Origin: Methanomassiliicoccales archaeon
Lineage (GTDB): Archaea; Thermoplasmatota; Thermoplasmata; Methanomassiliicoccales; UBA472
DNA: 64,000 nucleotides
Direction: 5' to 3'
NCBI GenBank assembly: GCA_016926075.1
Contig: JAFGPG010000069.1
Span: 10,313 to 74,312, forward strand
The notes below the pieces were generated by a model that ran no database searches, had not been told where the DNA came from, and saw only the letters and a program-made list of their open reading frames with translations. Positions 28,609 to 38,662 of the stretch are shown in pieces (the stretch's first letter is position 1; every line of letters starts with the position of its first letter). The translations under genes and the position numbers were made by a program.

Positions 28609-30591
28609 TCATCTCTTGGCCAAGGCCTGACTTCCCTGGATGAGGATGTCCAGTATGCCGGGATCGGCCAGGGTGGTGGTGTCGCCCAGGTCCTCCGCGC
28701 TGCCGGTGGCCACCTTCCTCAGCAGGCGGCGCATGATCTTGCCGCTGCGTGTCTTGGGCATGCCAGGGCAGAACTGGATGACCTCCGGGGTGGCGATGGG
28801 CCCCACCTCCCGGCGCACGTGGGACACCAGCTCCTTGCGCAACTGCTCGCTCTCCTCCACCCCCGTCTTGAGGGTGACGAAGGCGTAGATGGCCTCGCCC
28901 TTGATGGGGTGCGGGACGGGCACTATGGCCGCCTCGGCCACGCTGTGATGGGAGACCAGGGCGCTCTCCACCTCCGCCGCTCCGATGCGGTGCCCGGAGA
29001 CCTTGATGACATCGTCCACCCGGCCCATGATCCAGAAGTAGCCGTCCTCGTCCATGCGGGCCGAGTCCCCGGTGAAGTACTTGTTCGGGAATCGCGTCCA
29101 GTAGAGCTCCCTGAACCGGTCATGCTCCCCCCACACCGTGCGCATGATGGACGGCCACGGCCTGTTGATGCACAGGTAGCCGCCCTCGTTGACCTTGGCC
29201 GTGGTGCCATCGTCCTTGACCACCTCCGGGACCACCCCGAAGAAGGGCAGCGTGGCGGAACCGGGCTTGGTGGTGACCGCCCCGGGTATGGGGGTGATGA
29301 GAATGGAGCCGGTCTCCGTCTGCCACCAGGTGTCCATGATGGGGCAGCGCTCGTTACCGATGTACTTATGGTACCACATCCAGGCCTCGGGGTTGATCGG
29401 CTCGCCCACCGTGCCCAGTATGCGCAGCGAGGACAGGTCCCTGCCCTGCGGCCACTTCTCCCCCTCCCTCATCAGGGAGCGTATGGCCGTGGGGGCGGTG
29501 TAGAAGATGTTCACCTGGAACTTCTCCACGATGTTCCAGAAGCGGTCCACCTGCGGGTAGGTGGGGATGCCCTCGAACATGAGGGTCGTGGCACCGGCGC
29601 AGAGCGGTCCGTAGATGATGTAGCTGTGCCCGGTGACCCAGCCGATGTCCGCGGTGCACCAATAGGTGTCGTCCTCGTGGTAGTCGAAGATGTACTTGAA
29701 GGAGACGCAGGTGCTGAGCAGGTATCCGGCGGTGGTATGCACCACCCCCTTGGGCTTCCCGGTGGACCCGGAGGTGTACAGGATGTATAAGGGGTCCTCG
29801 GAATCGCACCACACTGGCTCGCAGGAGCGGTCCGCCTTGGCCATCTCCTCGTGCCACCATACGTCCCTACCGGGCTCCATGGGGCATTCCGCCCCCGCCC
29901 GCTTGACCACCAGCACCTTCTCCACGATGGCCCCCTTCTCCACGGCAATGTCCGCGTTGCTCTTCAAAGGCACGAACTTGCTGCCGCGATGGTTGCCATC
30001 GGCGGTGATGAGCAGCTTGGACTCGCAGTCCGCGATGCGGTCCTTGAGCGATTCGGAGCTGAAGCCCCCGAACACGATGCTGTGCACCGCCCCGATCCTG
30101 GTGCAGGCCAGCATGGCGATCGCGAGCTCCGGTATCATGGGTAGGTAAATGGAGACCCGGTCGCCCTTCTGCACCCCCAGGGAACGGAGCACGTTGGCGC
30201 AGCGGCAGACCTCGGTGTGCAGCTGCTGATAGGTGTAGGTCCTCACATCGTCCTCGCCCTCTCCCTGCCAGATGATGGCGGCCTTGTTCTTGCGGCCGTT
30301 CTCCAGGTGACGGTCCAGACAGTTGTAGGATACGTTGAGCTTACCGCCCTCGAACCATTTGATGATGACGTTCTCCTTGTCCCAGCTGTGCAATCGATGC
30401 CACCTCTCGAACCAGTGCAGCTCCTCGGTGGCCATCCTGGACCAGAACCCTTCCGGGTCATCGATGGACTCCTTGTACATCTTCTGGTACTGTTCCAGGC
30501 TCTTGATGTGGGCCTTCTCGCTCAATTCCTTGGGGGGTGGGAAGCGCCGCGCTTCCTCCATCACGCTCTCGATGGTCTCTCCGTCGCTCAT
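28609..30591 (-). CDS. acs: acetyl-CoA synthetase (AMP-forming)
   Basis: 660 aa with [11 protein letters not shown] and the C-terminal acetylation-site motif [11 protein letters not shown]. Confidence 0.95.
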   Translation of the reverse strand: MSDGETIESVMEEARRFPPPKELSEKAHIKSLEQYQKMYKESIDDPEGFWSRMATEELHWFERWHRLHSWDKENVIIKWFEGGKLNVSYNCLDRHLENGRKNKAAIIWQGEGEDDVRTYTYQQLHTEVCRCANVLRSLGVQKGDRVSIYLPMIPELAIAMLACTRIGAVHSIVFGGFSSESLKDRIADCESKLLITADGNHRGSKFVPLKSNADIAVEKGAIVEKVLVVKRAGAECPMEPGRDVWWHEEMAKADRSCEPVWCDSEDPLYILYTSGSTGKPKGVVHTTAGYLLSTCVSFKYIFDYHEDDTYWCTADIGWVTGHSYIIYGPLCAGATTLMFEGIPTYPQVDRFWNIVEKFQVNIFYTAPTAIRSLMREGEKWPQGRDLSSLRILGTVGEPINPEAWMWYHKYIGNERCPIMDTWWQTETGSILITPIPGAVTTKPGSATLPFFGVVPEVVKDDGTTAKVNEGGYLCINRPWPSIMRTVWGEHDRFRELYWTRFPNKYFTGDSARMDEDGYFWIMGRVDDVIKVSGHRIGAAEVESALVSHHSVAEAAIVPVPHPIKGEAIYAFVTLKTGVEESEQLRKELVSHVRREVGPIATPEVIQFCPGMPKTRSGKIMRRLLRKVATGSAEDLGDTTTLADPGILDILIQGSQALAKR

Positions 30592-30754
30592 TCTTCACTT
30601 CCTCCTTGGGCGGGCACGCGTCGGGACCTGCCCGATCGCCAGTTCCACGTCTACGACATGGATGATAAGGATTACGGAAAACGAATAGTACGGACGGGAT
30701 TAATTATAATTTTCTGACATTCTCTACTGATATTGTCGATTTTCCTGCAGAATA

Positions 30755-30792
30755 CGATTCCATTAATATGCATACGATTCTTAATGGAATCG
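30755..30792. repeat. perfect 12-bp inverted repeat CGATTCCATTAA-N14-TTAATGGAATCG
   Basis: Arms at 30755-30766 and 30781-30792. Direct repeat ATACGATTC at 30752-30760 and 30772-30780. Lies 40 nt downstream of the wHTH gene stop and about 165-200 nt upstream of the acs ATG. Confidence 0.8.
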
Positions 30793-30831
30793 AAGGGAAA
30801 GGAGCTTGGAGGAACGGGTTAGCACCATCTC

Positions 30832-31188
30832 TCAAGCATGGGTCTCACGGAACATCTGACCCAGGTCGATGTCCAGGCAATCGTCGGTGCTGCTCCCGTC
30901 CACCATCTCGATGCGGGCACGGATCCGGTTGCGCTCGAAGGTGATGTTGGCATTGCGCACCATGGACTTGTACATGCTCATACGCTTTCCGGACTGGGTC
31001 AGGCGACGTTCGCTGCAGTGGATCAACCCCGCCTCCTCCAGCACCCTGATCTTGCGATAGCAGGCCGCGATGGGGATGCCCAGGGCGTCGCTCAGCTCGA
31101 AGGCGCTCTTGGGGCGGCCCATGGTGGCCATAAGTATCTTGGCCGTGTATTCCTCGGTCAGCAATCGGGATGTCTGCAATACGTGCAT
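30832..31188 (-). CDS. small winged-helix (ArsR/MarR-like) transcriptional regulator
   Basis: 118 aa. EEYTAKILMATMGRPKSAFELSDALGIPIAACYRKIRVLEEAGLI reads as an HTH. Confidence 0.75.
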   Translation of the reverse strand: MHVLQTSRLLTEEYTAKILMATMGRPKSAFELSDALGIPIAACYRKIRVLEEAGLIHCSERRLTQSGKRMSMYKSMVRNANITFERNRIRARIEMVDGSSTDDCLDIDLGQMFRETHA

Positions 31189-31379
31189 ATTTCCACCATT
31201 GATAACGACTGCCGACCGGTGTATTTATTCCGAACCATCTGAGAATCACTTTTGATTCCTGATAATCAGCGAGGGCCAGTATCCTTATCTCCCGAGATTC
31301 CGACCCCTCAACCTATCCTTTCCGGTAATCCCATCCCTCCCCATGTCGCCAAGGGGGACCGCTTAACGGGACATGCCCC

Positions 31380-32264
31380 TCAGTCCGTTCTGGCCAGTAT
31401 CAGGATGGCCGCCAATATGAGGACCGCCCCCGTTCCCGCCAAGGGGTCCAGGTGCTCTTCCAGCAGGGCCCAGCCCAGGAGCACGGCGAAGGCCGATTCC
31501 AGCATGAGCACGGTGGCCGAGGTGACCACACTGATGTGCCGAAGGGCGCCGGTCCACAGCACCGTGGGCATGGTGGTGCACACCGCACCGATGAAGAGCA
31601 TGGCCGGAAGGACGCTCACCTCCAACCCCCCCTCCATGGGGATGATAGGGACGAGCGCCAGCAGGGTGAGGGGCAGCAACGCGTGCATGCCCAGCGTCCA
31701 TTGGTCCGGCTCCAGGTTGCGCAGCGTCACCCGGGAGAGCACCACCAGCCCCCCGATGCCCGCTGCGGAGAGCAATAGGAGGAGGTTGCCCACCAACTGG
31801 TCGCTTTCCAGGACCAACAGGTCCCAGCGGGTGGTGAGGGTCACCAGTCCCGTAATGGCCAGGGCGACGCCCAGCCCCCTCTTCCACCCCAGCCTCTCCT
31901 TGAAGAACAGTCTGCTGAGGAGGACCACGAAGAGGACATTGGTCCCGATGATGAGTCCGGCGGCCGAGGCGGTGGTCATGGTCATCCCGATATAGGAGGT
32001 GCTCACGACCCAGGTATTGATCAGCGAACCGGTCCAGAACTCCCAGCGCCTGAGCAAGGCCCGGGTCAGGGTGCCCCGCCACCACATCGCTGGGAGGAGC
32101 AGCAGAGAGCCCACCGCGGTCACCCCCGCTCCTAACAGCAGGGGATTGGCCACGCCCACGGCCAGCTTGACCGCCACGTAGGAGGTGCCGAACATCAGGC
32201 TGGCGAGGAGGGTGCTGAGCACCGCCCCGGTCCTCGGTAATACCCTGGTCTTCATCATGATCAC
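31380..32264 (-). CDS. EamA/DMT-family transporter
   Basis: 294 aa, 10 predicted TM helices arranged as two EamA-like halves. Confidence 0.8.
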   Translation of the reverse strand: MIMMKTRVLPRTGAVLSTLLASLMFGTSYVAVKLAVGVANPLLLGAGVTAVGSLLLLPAMWWRGTLTRALLRRWEFWTGSLINTWVVSTSYIGMTMTTASAAGLIIGTNVLFVVLLSRLFFKERLGWKRGLGVALAITGLVTLTTRWDLLVLESDQLVGNLLLLLSAAGIGGLVVLSRVTLRNLEPDQWTLGMHALLPLTLLALVPIIPMEGGLEVSVLPAMLFIGAVCTTMPTVLWTGALRHISVVTSATVLMLESAFAVLLGWALLEEHLDPLAGTGAVLILAAILILARTD

Positions 32265-32474
32265 AATGGGGAGAGGTGACAGGCCTCGGGAACCGTTCCC
32301 CGGACATCAACCTTGTGTAGGGAAGGGCGAAAATGATGGGGGTCGAGCATATCCGTGAACGGGCATCGCGATGTGCGCGATCTTCCCGAACAGGATCACC
32401 ACCGAAGCTTCAAGGACCCCCTGCCCTCCGCACCGAAGGTTATTATTGCCCCCTCATGCTGTCATCTCCTTGTC

Positions 32475-33299
32475 ATGTTCAAGAGATTGATGGTACCGGT
32501 GGACCTCTCCCCCCAGTCCTTCCTGATGGTGGAGGTGGCATCGCGTATGTCGCATTACGGGGTGCAAGAGGTGCTGGTCTATTCCCTGGTCCAGGAACCC
32601 TCGAGAAAGGAGAGCATGCTGGAGCTCATGGATTCCAAGCTGAGGGAGGCCGGCATGGACCACCGGCTGCTCGTGGAGACGGGCAGCGACGCCCCCCGGG
32701 CCATCGTGAAGGCCGCCGAGGCCAACGAGGTGGGCATGATCGCCATGGCCGCCTCCGGCAAGGGCCGGGTGCGGGAGTTCTTCGTGGGCAGCACCTCCTT
32801 GGCGGTCATCAGGAGGACCCCTGTCCCGGTCCTGCTGGACAAGTTCCCCCTTGACGCGAACGAGGACCCCGAGGGCTACTGCGAGCGTTGCCCTCCCCTC
32901 CTGGACAGCGTCCTGGTATCCCTGGACCTCTCCAGGGTCTCCCGGCACATGCTTCCCTTCGTGCAGAGCATCATCGATGCGGGTGCCAAACGTGTCACCC
33001 TGTTCCACGTGGTGCAGGCCTCCCGGTACAAGATGGACGACGACCACCGCTTCCGGGAGGTCAGGCGCAAGCTGGACGCCTATCGGAAGAAACTGCGCGC
33101 CGGCGACTGCGCCATCGACCTGCACATACACTTCGGCACCACGACCTATAACATCCTAGAGGTGGCCAGGGAGGTGGAGGCCACGGTCATCGTCATGGGC
33201 ACCACCGGGAAGAGCTATCTACGGGGGGTGACCCTGGGCTCCACCTCCGAGGAGGTGGTGAAGGCCTCCACCCGTCCCGTGCTGCTCATACCGGCCTGA
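32475..33299 (+). CDS. tandem universal stress protein (2 x USP domain)
   Basis: ATG 32475 gives MFKRLMVPVDLS. Two USP-like halves, each ending in a G-x2-G-x9-GS(T/V) ATP motif (ASGKGRVREFFVGSTS and TTGKSYLRGVTLGSTS). Confidence 0.85.
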   Translation: MFKRLMVPVDLSPQSFLMVEVASRMSHYGVQEVLVYSLVQEPSRKESMLELMDSKLREAGMDHRLLVETGSDAPRAIVKAAEANEVGMIAMAASGKGRVREFFVGSTSLAVIRRTPVPVLLDKFPLDANEDPEGYCERCPPLLDSVLVSLDLSRVSRHMLPFVQSIIDAGAKRVTLFHVVQASRYKMDDDHRFREVRRKLDAYRKKLRAGDCAIDLHIHFGTTTYNILEVAREVEATVIVMGTTGKSYLRGVTLGSTSEEVVKASTRPVLLIPA

Positions 33300-34169
33300 T
33301 CAGAAAAGCCCCTCGCGCTGGTTGAGGTCCCTGAGGAAGGAACGGAGCTCTTTCCCGTAGACCGGATGCTTCAGGGCCAGCTCGAACTGCGAACGGATCC
33401 ATCCCGGGATGTCCCCGATGTCATAGCGCCGGCCGATGAACTCCCAGGCCAGCAGCCCTTCCCTCTCCCTTAGCAAGCGCAGGGCGTCGGTCAGCTGCAG
33501 CTCCCCGTTGTGACCAGGCTCGATATGCCTGATGCAGTCGAAGATGGCGGGGGTGAGCACATAGGTCCCGGCGATGCACAGGTCGGAGGGCGCCTCCTCG
33601 GGCCGGGGCTTCTCCACCAGGTCCCTTACCTCGTAGAGACGCTCCCCGATGCTGACGGCGTCAAGCACCCCGTAGTCCTTGACCTTGTCAACGGGCACCC
33701 GCTCGGCGGCGATGACCGACAGGCCGGTGCGGGCGTGCACGTCCATGAGCTGTCCGACCACCGGCACCTCGGAGACGTGTATGGTGTCCCCAAGCATGAC
33801 CGCGAAGGGCTGGTCGCCCACGTGCTGCCGCGCCTGGTAGACCGCGTCGGCCAGTCCCCGGGGCTCCTTCTGGCGGATGAAGTGCAGGTTGGCCAGCTCG
33901 CAGAGGTCCTTGATCTTTTGCAGGTGCTCCTGCCGGTTGCCGTTGTTGAGCACCGCCTCCAGCTCGAAGGAGCGGTCGAAGTGGTCCTCGATGGTCCGCT
34001 TGTGCCGACCGGTGATGATCATGATGTCCTCGATGCCCGCACGCACCGCCTCCTCCACCACGTACTGTATGACCGGTTTGTCGATGACCGGCAGCATCTC
34101 CTTGGGCTGTTCCTTGGTGAGAGGGAGGAAGCGCACCCCCCATCCTGCCGCCGGGATGACCGCTTTCAT
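33300..34169 (-). CDS. galU: UTP--glucose-1-phosphate uridylyltransferase
   Basis: 289 aa with PAAGWGVRFLPLTKEQPKEMLPV. Confidence 0.9.
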   Translation of the reverse strand: MKAVIPAAGWGVRFLPLTKEQPKEMLPVIDKPVIQYVVEEAVRAGIEDIMIITGRHKRTIEDHFDRSFELEAVLNNGNRQEHLQKIKDLCELANLHFIRQKEPRGLADAVYQARQHVGDQPFAVMLGDTIHVSEVPVVGQLMDVHARTGLSVIAAERVPVDKVKDYGVLDAVSIGERLYEVRDLVEKPRPEEAPSDLCIAGTYVLTPAIFDCIRHIEPGHNGELQLTDALRLLREREGLLAWEFIGRRYDIGDIPGWIRSQFELALKHPVYGKELRSFLRDLNQREGLF

Positions 34170-34172
34170 GAC

Positions 34173-35435
34173 CTACCAGCATATCCCTTCGTAGTTATTA
34201 GTCTTGGTGATGCCCCGGCCGTCCACCACCGGCATCTGCCCGTACAGCCCCGGTTCGGAGAACTCCTGCCACTCGGTGAGGATGAGAGCGGCGTCCGCCC
34301 CCCGCAGGCACTCCTTGACCGAGCCGCAGTAGGTGATCTGAGGGAAGAGGGATCGGAAGTTGGGCATGGCCTGAGGGTCGTACGCTCGTATGTCCGCCCC
34401 CTTGCGCAGCAGCTCCCGCACTACGGTCAGGGCGCTGGCCTCCCGTACGTCGTCCGTGCCGGGCTTGAAGGCCAGTCCCAGCACGGCCACCGTGCTCCCG
34501 TACAGTTCCATCCTCCGCTCCAGCAGCTCCACCACCATCAGGGGCTGGCGCTCGTTGACCGCCAGGGTGGCGTCCAGCATGTCCGTGCCCGCCCCCAGGG
34601 CCCTAGCCTGGGCCCGGATGGAGCGCACGTCCTTGGGGAAGCAGGAGCCGCCGAACCCGCACCCCGCCCGCAGGAAGAGCGGACCGATGCGAGGGTCCAT
34701 GCCCACGCCCCTGGCCACCTCCCTGAAGTCCAGGCCGAGGGCCTTGCTCAGGTTCCCCAGCTCGTTGACCAGTGAGATGCGTGCGGCCAGGAAGGCGTTG
34801 GAGCACATCTTGATCATCTCCGCGGTGGAGGTGTCGGTGCGCAGCACCGGCACCTCCAGAGCCTCGTATAGGGAGAGGACCTCCTCGTAGGTGCGGTCGT
34901 CCTGGGTCCCGATGACCACTCGATCGGGGCTCAGGAAATCGTCCACCGCCACTCCCTCTCTGAGGAACTCGGGGTTCATGGCCACACCCAGGTCCTCCCC
35001 CGGTGTCTTGCCCGAGGCCTTCTGCAGAGCGGGGGCCACCAGGTCCCGGGTGGTGTTGGGGGGCACGGTGCTCTTGACCACCACCACATGCCTCCCCTGC
35101 TTCCCCCGGAGCACCTGGCCAAGGTCCTGGGAGGCCTTCAGCACGTACCTCAGGTCCAGGGAGCCGTCCGCCCGGGAGGGTGTGCCAACGCATATGAAGG
35201 TGATGTCCGTGCCCAGCACATCGTCGTATTCGGTGGTGGCCCGGAACCGCCCCTCGGAGAGGTGGCGGCGGAGCATCCCCTCCAGCCCCTCCTCGTATAT
35301 GGGCGGGTCGCCGTCATTGACGCTCTCCACCTTCTCCCGCACGGTGTCCACGCAGATCACTTCGTGGCCTAGCTCGGCGAAGCAGACGCCGGAGACCAGC
35401 CCCACATATCCGGTACCGATGATCGAGACCCTCAT
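34173..35435 (-). CDS. ugd: UDP-glucose 6-dehydrogenase
   Basis: ATG 35435 gives MRVSIIGTGYVGLVSG. Catalytic region GFGGSCFPKD. Confidence 0.92.
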   Translation of the reverse strand: MRVSIIGTGYVGLVSGVCFAELGHEVICVDTVREKVESVNDGDPPIYEEGLEGMLRRHLSEGRFRATTEYDDVLGTDITFICVGTPSRADGSLDLRYVLKASQDLGQVLRGKQGRHVVVVKSTVPPNTTRDLVAPALQKASGKTPGEDLGVAMNPEFLREGVAVDDFLSPDRVVIGTQDDRTYEEVLSLYEALEVPVLRTDTSTAEMIKMCSNAFLAARISLVNELGNLSKALGLDFREVARGVGMDPRIGPLFLRAGCGFGGSCFPKDVRSIRAQARALGAGTDMLDATLAVNERQPLMVVELLERRMELYGSTVAVLGLAFKPGTDDVREASALTVVRELLRKGADIRAYDPQAMPNFRSLFPQITYCGSVKECLRGADAALILTEWQEFSEPGLYGQMPVVDGRGITKTNNYEGICW

Positions 35436-35543
35436 CAGAGCACCATCCGGCATCCAATGTCCGTGGGATATTTAAGTTAAGCTGCGTCCGCCCCCGGCCT
35501 GACCGTTCCCCGACCCACTCATCCCTTCTCCCGCCCCGATGCC

Positions 35544-36773
35544 CTATCTCCCCCTCTCCTTATCCGGCTCGGAGGGAAAGCCCCCTTCCGCTGGGGCCGC
35601 TCCAGATCCTTCGGGCTCCTCGGAGGCCTCCCTGACCTCCGCTCCAGTTCCCTTTGGGCTCGTTCCCTCGGGCCCTGTTCCAGAAGGTTCGGGGGCTGCT
35701 GGCGTGCCAGCCGGGGCCGCTTCCGTTCCCCTCGAGAACTTGACCCTCTTCCCAGGCAGCTCCTTCGGGAACCCCCCCTCCCTCCATTCCCTGCGGTGGA
35801 GGAGCAGCTCCAGGACGTAGTACACGCCCCACAGTGCGATGCCGAAAATAAGGATCAGGAGCAGGGCCGAGTAGTCCAGCGAGAGGCCGAAGCCCTCCTC
35901 GGCCTCCAACACGAACCGCCCCTCCATTCCCAACATCCATATCCAGTATATACTGAGCAGCACGATGGCCAGGGCGGGCAGGAGGCGGGAGAAGGAACCC
36001 TTGGGGTAGAATCCCTTGAAGAAGGAGAGGGCGGTGATGGGCAATCCAAGTAGAAGGAGGAACATGGCCACTGTGTCCAGCCTGGACAGCATCTCCCCCA
36101 TCGCCTCCGCCTCGAAGTCCTCCAAGATGGCTCTCACCACGATGATCATGGCCATGGGAATGACGACGTAACCGAGCAGGGCACCGCGGGACAGCTTGAG
36201 GCCCTTGTACAAGCTACCGTATCGTGCCCGGAAGTCATGATACCAGCGATGCCCCCGGGGGTCCTCCCTCTCCCTGGGGACCAGCTTCTGGCCGGCCTCC
36301 AGCCAGGGCCGGCGATGGTCCACGAACTCGCCCAGCTGCAGGAACACGGTGAATATGGCCAGGACGAAGTAGAGGACGAAGAGAAGCTCCAGGTCCACCT
36401 CGAAGGCCTCCCGGGAAATGGCCGTCTGCAGCCTTCCGCCCAGCAGCAGGCTGAAGATGTAGAGGATGGTGATGACCGCGATGGCAGTCCCCATGGTCAG
36501 ACGGGAGTAGCTGCCCTTGGGATAGACGCCCTTGAAGAAGCCCAGGACGGTCAGCGTCAGACCGAAGGCCAGCACCAGGAACTGCATCTCGGCCACCAGG
36601 TCCCGCAGTTGCTGCGCCCCCTCCCCCCGGTCCAATGCCGTCAGGACCAGTAGGACCAGGGCCAGGGGCAGCACCAGGTACTTCAGGAGATGCAGGACCG
36701 CCGAAAACACGCCCTTGCGCACATCGGCGTACCTCCAGTCGAACTCCCCCGCGTTCACCACGGGGACCACCAC
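35544..36773 (-). CDS. polytopic membrane protein with an internal duplication and a disordered P/G/E/A-rich tail (unknown function)
   Basis: 409 aa. The motif FFKG(V/F)YPKGS(Y/F)SRL occurs at aa 79-92 and 251-264 within two homologous ~140-aa halves. The low-complexity tail covers aa ~340-409. Confidence 0.75.
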   Translation of the reverse strand: MVVPVVNAGEFDWRYADVRKGVFSAVLHLLKYLVLPLALVLLVLTALDRGEGAQQLRDLVAEMQFLVLAFGLTLTVLGFFKGVYPKGSYSRLTMGTAIAVITILYIFSLLLGGRLQTAISREAFEVDLELLFVLYFVLAIFTVFLQLGEFVDHRRPWLEAGQKLVPREREDPRGHRWYHDFRARYGSLYKGLKLSRGALLGYVVIPMAMIIVVRAILEDFEAEAMGEMLSRLDTVAMFLLLLGLPITALSFFKGFYPKGSFSRLLPALAIVLLSIYWIWMLGMEGRFVLEAEEGFGLSLDYSALLLILIFGIALWGVYYVLELLLHRREWREGGFPKELPGKRVKFSRGTEAAPAGTPAAPEPSGTGPEGTSPKGTGAEVREASEEPEGSGAAPAEGGFPSEPDKERGR

Positions 36774-37576
36774 CAGTTCTCCTGCACCGTGTCGGTGCAG
36801 TCCAGGAAGGTGAGGGAAAGGGTGGCGTTCAGCTCCTCCCCCGTCATCGTCAACCGGTCGTAGGTCTCCTGCGGGATGGGCACGTACGCCTCCCTATTTA
36901 CGAAGTCGTTGGCCCCCACCAGCTCCTGGAACTCCCCCTGATAGCCGTAGGAATCGGAGAAGGTGACGGTCACCAGCACAGGCTCTCCCTGCACCCACCC
37001 TCGGGAGAAGAAGGAGTAGGGGATGCGCATGGAGCATTGCGCCCCGTCATAGTAGGGGGCGGCCTCCTCGGTCCACAGGTCCAGGTCGACGAGCATGGCC
37101 TCCCATTCCATGTCGGAGACGATGTCCGCGCCGAACCTGATGAGGTCCATGGTATATCGTGCGGAGATGGAGATGCTGAGGTCCATGGATGTCCCCTCGA
37201 AGACCATCTCCCTCAGCGTCTCCAAGGGGAGGTCGTCCAGGTCAAGCTCTATATCCACCTGAAGTTCGGTCTCCCGCCCCGCGGGGGCGCTCATGGGCCC
37301 GCCGTAGCTCTCGATCAGCGTCCCGCCCCCCTGGTCGCGCATCTCGATATCGACGGTCACCCCGTTGATGTCGAAGAAGCCCCTGTTGTCCACGGTGAAG
37401 GGGGCGGTCAGGCGCAGCGAGCCGTCCTCATAGGCCCACTCGATATCCTCTTCCGACCCCAATCCCAAATGGAGGTTACCCATGATGAGAGGCAGGATGC
37501 TCAGGACAACGATCAACGCCACAAGCAGTTTAATGGCCACTATGGCGATGCGCGTGACCACCAGGGGCATCTTCAT
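36755..37576 (-). CDS. membrane-anchored protein, possibly LEA_2/WHy-like beta-sandwich (unknown function)
   Basis: 273 aa with an N-terminal TM anchor (VVTRIAIVAIKLLVALIVVLSILPLI). LRLTAPFTVDNRGFFDINGVTVDIEM resembles the LEA_2 pattern. Trp-rich C-terminus NWWWSPW. Overlaps the next gene by 19 nt. Confidence 0.7.
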   Translation of the reverse strand: MKMPLVVTRIAIVAIKLLVALIVVLSILPLIMGNLHLGLGSEEDIEWAYEDGSLRLTAPFTVDNRGFFDINGVTVDIEMRDQGGGTLIESYGGPMSAPAGRETELQVDIELDLDDLPLETLREMVFEGTSMDLSISISARYTMDLIRFGADIVSDMEWEAMLVDLDLWTEEAAPYYDGAQCSMRIPYSFFSRGWVQGEPVLVTVTFSDSYGYQGEFQELVGANDFVNREAYVPIPQETYDRLTMTGEELNATLSLTFLDCTDTVQENWWWSPW

Positions 37577-37672
37577 GGGGGGGCCTATTTAATTTCTCGC
37601 TTAAGAATTTATCCGTATGCTGGAAGGAGTCAGGGGGTAGAATTAAGCGCTCCCACGGTCCTTATCCTTGTC

Positions 37673-38167
37673 GTGAGCGAGATCAGGGTGAGGAAGCGCA
37701 AACGGCTTCGCGAGAAGGAGCTAAGAGCCTTAACTGAGACCCTCGAGGCCTCCACCGGAGTAGAGATCCTCTCCCCCAAGGACGTGGTGGACATCGCCGA
37801 GGGTCCGGACTGCGAACTGATCTTCGTGAACAACGTCATCGAGGGCATCATCCTGGAGGGGAAGCCCTTCCTCACCGTGCGCGGGCTGCTCCGGCACCAG
37901 GCCACCAAGCGCTACGTCACCGTGGACATGGGGGCGGTGCCCTATGTCACCAACGGGGCGGACGTCATGTGCCCGGGCATCGTGGAGGTGGACCCCGAGG
38001 TCAGGGAGGGGGACATGGTGTGGATCAGGGACGTGACCCACAGGCGCCCCCTGGCCATAGGCAGGGCACTGGTCCCCGCCGAGGCCATGGCCGCCAAGGC
38101 CCCGGGGAAGGCCATCAAGAACCTGCAGTACGTGGGGGACCGCATCTGGAAGTACGATGAGCGATAG
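37673..38167 (+). CDS. PUA-domain RNA-binding protein (MCT-1/Tma20-like)
   Basis: Real C-terminal part of track ORF 36635..38167. Start is GTG 37673 or GTG 37688 (giving MRKRKRLREKELRAL). PUA signature ...GADVMCPGIVEVD...GDMVWIRD. Confidence 0.8.
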   Translation: MSEIRVRKRKRLREKELRALTETLEASTGVEILSPKDVVDIAEGPDCELIFVNNVIEGIILEGKPFLTVRGLLRHQATKRYVTVDMGAVPYVTNGADVMCPGIVEVDPEVREGDMVWIRDVTHRRPLAIGRALVPAEAMAAKAPGKAIKNLQYVGDRIWKYDER

Positions 38168-38245
38168 GCGGGTTGTAAAAAGCAAGCTGGGTGGCGATAC
38201 CTTAATAACGATAACAGGCCATTACTCTGCCATCCGAGGGATGCA

Positions 38246-38623
38246 ATGCCAATTCTCAAGAAACCGCTGGGAAAGGGTAAGGAGGATGTCAAGAGCGTGG
38301 AGACCGACCAGTACATCGACCTTGGCGCACTGTACTTCCAGGAGGAGAGCAGCATCTCCGCCGCAGGGATCAAGATTGCCGAGATCTATCGATACGAGGA
38401 CGTGGGCCCTATCACCCAGCCGGTGTACCAGGGCAACATCCTGATGATCGACTTCTCCCCCATAGCCAACGACCAGAACACCCTCAAGCGCATCACCAAT
38501 GAGCTTAAGTCAGTGGCCCGCGACACCAACGGCGACGTGGCGGCCATCGGCAACAACTTCATCGTGGTGGCCCCCAACGGCATTCGCATCGACCGGAAGA
38601 AGATCAAGGGCGGTTACCAATGA
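38246..38623 (+). CDS. sepF: cell division protein SepF (archaeal type)
   Basis: 125 aa with YIDLGALY...IKIAEIYRYEDVGPITQPVYQGNILMIDFSPIAND...GDVAAIGNNFIVVAPNGIRI. GAGGGAT SD upstream. Confidence 0.82.
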   Translation: MPILKKPLGKGKEDVKSVETDQYIDLGALYFQEESSISAAGIKIAEIYRYEDVGPITQPVYQGNILMIDFSPIANDQNTLKRITNELKSVARDTNGDVAAIGNNFIVVAPNGIRIDRKKIKGGYQ

Positions 38624-38662
38624 TGCCGCGCCCCCCGGCGGGGCCAACTCACCCTTTTTAAC

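Noticed and set aside
33510-34775. 421-aa plus-strand ORF
   Set aside because: It is antisense to galU and ugd, both of which have unambiguous motifs.
36635-37672. First ~345 codons of track ORF 36635..38167
   Set aside because: This part is antisense to the two-gene membrane operon. Only the last ~160 codons, the PUA protein, look real.
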